Below are positions 61,180-64,000 of a DNA stretch of 64,000 nt, piece after piece. The notes under the pieces were generated by a model. It was not told the origin of the DNA. It saw nothing but the letters and a program-made list of their open reading frames with translations, and did no database searches. Positions within the stretch are counted from its first letter, which is position 1; every line of letters begins with the position of its first letter. Location of the stretch: positions 15,128,001-15,192,000 of the forward strand of contig NC_043024.1 of assembly GCF_006345805.1 (NCBI RefSeq), written 5' to 3'. This stretch comes from Octopus sinensis (taxonomy: Eukaryota). The position numbers and the translations under genes were made by a program.

Positions 61180-62090
61180 GTGGAGGTGGATGCTCTGAGA
61201 GTGTGTCTCCAAGAACAAGAATGGGCTGGGCAAAGTCCAGGGTGGTCCTACCTCTGTTGATAACAAAGGGCCTCTCTCTCAGAGTGAAAGACAGATTGTA
61301 TGATGCCTGTGTGTGTGAAGAGCCATGCTACATGGCAGTGAAACATGGGCTGCGAATGTTGAGGACATGCATTGGCTTGAAAGAAATGAAGCTGGTATGC
61401 TCTGCTGGATGTGCAATGTCAGTGTGCATGTGCAACAGAGTGTAAGTGTCTCTGAGAGAAAAGTTGAACATAAGAGACATCAGATGTGGTGTGCCAGAGA
61501 GATGAATAGGTTGGTATGGTCATGTGATGCATATGGACGTGACAGCTGTGTGAAGTACCAATCTCTGACTGTAGAGTGAAGCTGCAGAAGAGGGAAACCC
61601 AGGGGGACATGGAACGAGGTGGTGAAGCATGATCTTTGAACGTTTGGTCTCACGGCAGCTGTGACCAGTGACCAAAACCTTTGGCGATATGCCATGCTTG
61701 AGAATACCCACCAAGCCAAGTGAAGTCATAGTTGTGGCTGTTGTTGGTGTCACGTAACTGGCACCTGTGCCAGTGGCATGTAAAAAGTACCTTTGAACAT
61801 TGTGCTTCATGGAGGTAATGAGAAATGACCAAGACCTTTGGCAATATGCTGTCTTTGAGAAGGAGACGCATCAAACCAAGTGAAATCATAGTCATGGCAG
61901 ATATTTGTGTCATGCAAATGGCACGCAAAGCACCAATTACATTCTTGGAGAGTTTGGTATTAGGAATGGCATCCAGCCACAGAAACCATTGGAATCTGGT
62001 GCTGACCTTCTGTCAGCTTACTAGCCCTGGTCAAACCGTCCAACCCATGTCAACATGGACAACAGATATTAAATGATGATGATGATGATG
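61180..62090 (+). mobile_element. Degenerate RTE-LINE 3' fragment
   Basis: LPLLITKGLSLRVKDRLYDACV, MLHGSETW, ERNEAGMLCWMCNVSV; (GAT)n tail. Confidence 0.82.
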
Positions 62091-62109
62091 ATATATGTAC
62101 TCATATCTA

Positions 62110-62160
<51 letters not shown>

Positions 62161-62489
62161 TTATATGTATGTATATATATATATATATATACGCACACAC
62201 ACACACACACACACACACACTTCTCCCTGTCACTCTATGTCCGTCTGCTTAATTCCTCCATCGCTCTCTCTGTCTGTCTCTGTCTACCTCTTTGTCTTTA
62301 TCCTCTCTCTCTCTCTCTCTTCGCCATTCTCTTAATATATCTCTCTCTCATTTATGATTTATACCTCCACAATACAACATTTTACCCCTCCCACCACCAC
62401 CACCACCACCACATCTACCATCACCACCATCTTGATGACGACGTTGACCACTACCACCACTACCACATAGTTTCACAGGTAGAAATTTC

Positions 62490-62525
62490 ACAACAACAAC
62501 AACAACAAAAATAATAATGATTATA

Positions 62526-62574
<49 letters not shown>

Positions 62575-62593
62575 TAATAAAATAATAATAATA

Positions 62594-62680
<87 letters not shown>
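62490..62680. repeat. (TAA)n microsatellite
   Basis: Direct inspection. Confidence 0.9.
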
Positions 62681-62682
<2 letters not shown>

Positions 62683-63125
62683 CATAAATAAATAAAACAT
62701 TTAATACACACATTTTTTATTAAACCATTACATTATTAATACACTATAAACAGCCTTACAAACAGCTGTAAAGTGGTTTGGTGAGGTAAGAATTCACTGA
62801 ATGGTGCTAGAAATTGTGAATTATGTCTTGGAGATAACATTATCCATAAACATCAAACTATGTTGTAACACACGATAAATTTAATACAATGTAAGTTTTT
62901 AGTTTCTAATTTTGCTTTTGGAAAATGGTGGTGGTCGTGGTGGAAGGAACAGGGTTTTTTTTTTAAACTCTTAAATATCTTGTTTAGGCTATTATCATCA
63001 TGATGTTATATCTGTTTTCCATGCTGGTATGAGTTGGACGGTTTGATTGATGCTGGTTAAACAGAAGGCTGCACCCGGCTTCATTGTCTGCTTGGGCAAG
63101 GTTTTTATGGCTGGATGCTCTTCAT

Positions 63126-63535
63126 AGGCACAGGAGTGGCTGTGTGGTAAGTAGCTTGTTTACCAACCACATGGTTCCTGGTTCAGTCCCACTGTGCGGC
63201 AACTTGGGCAAGTGTCTTCTACTATAGCCTCGGGCCAACCAAAGCCTTGTGAGTGGATTTGGTAGACGGAAACTGAAAGGAGCCCGTTGTATAAATGTAT
63301 ATATATATGTGTGTGTGTGTATGTTTGTGTGTCTGTGTTTGTCCCCCTAGCATTGCTTGACAACTGATGCTGGTGTGTTTATGTCCCCGTTACCTAGTGG
63401 TTCGGCAAAAGAGACCGATAGAATAAGTACTGGGCTTACAAAAGAATAAGTCCTGGGGTCGATTTGTTCGATTAAAGGTGGTGCTCCAGCATGGCTGCAG
63501 TCAAATGACTGAAACAAGTAAAAGAGTAAAGAGTA
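63126..63535 (+). mobile_element. SINE-A, full length
   Basis: Homology to 526-935. Confidence 0.9.
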
Positions 63536-63639
63536 TAACACCAATGTGGGACGCACATGTTCTCCTGTCTCAAACGAGGCTTTATTCACTTTCCAATAAA
63601 CTCTGCTGAGTTATCCTTTTTCTTTTGTTCTTTCACTTG

Positions 63640-63850
63640 TTTGAGTCCTTTTGACTTTGGCCATACTGGAGCACCGCCTTAAAAGGTATTAGTCGAAGAA
63701 ATCAACACCAGGAATTATTCTTTGTAAGCCTAGTACTTACTCTATCGGTCTCTTTTACTGAACCACTAGGTTGTCAAGTGACAGTGGTTGGGACAGACAC
63801 AGACACACACATACAGATATATACATACAGACATATATATATATATATAT

Positions 63851-63882
<32 letters not shown>

Positions 63883-64000
63883 ATAATATATACAATGGGC
63901 TTCTTCCAGTTTCTGTTTGGCAAATCCACTCAAAAGGCTTTGGTCAGCCTGAGGCTATAGTAGAAGACACTTGTGCAAGGTACCACGCAGTGAGTCTGAA
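63640..64000 (-). mobile_element. SINE-A, running off the window end
   Basis: Homology to SINE-A. Confidence 0.78.

Overview
AT-rich, microsatellite-saturated eukaryotic DNA. The SINE repertoire looks like that of an Octopus-type cephalopod (recognised from memory, not database-checked). I found no host protein-coding exon; most of the ORF track is translation of (TA)n/(CA)n/(TAA)n/(CCA)n repeats and SINEs. Supported content: one tRNA-Gly(TCC) gene with a non-canonical T-arm; about 30 copies or fragments of a ~420-bp tRNA-derived SINE (here SINE-A) and two other SINE families (B, C); RTE-clade LINE fragments, one with a PHD finger inside the RT; two diverged R4/Dong-type retrotransposons with restriction-like endonuclease in a (TAA)n insertion hotspot; a Penelope-like GIY-YIG relic; mariner, Tigger/pogo, hAT, piggyBac-like and Helitron relics/MITEs; a mosaic local triplication; SINE-derived satellites. 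The most interesting signal is four sequence families of minimal type-I hammerhead-ribozyme motifs. One sits in a ~220-bp cassette found three times at the same position inside SINE-A. Another sits in the tail of a tRNA-headed element found twice as a head-to-head palindrome, once with its A-box half amplified into a 38-bp array. Together these suggest a Penelope-dependent SINE/retrozyme-like system. Repeat boundaries were read by eye and are approximate to about 10-20 bp unless stated as exact.
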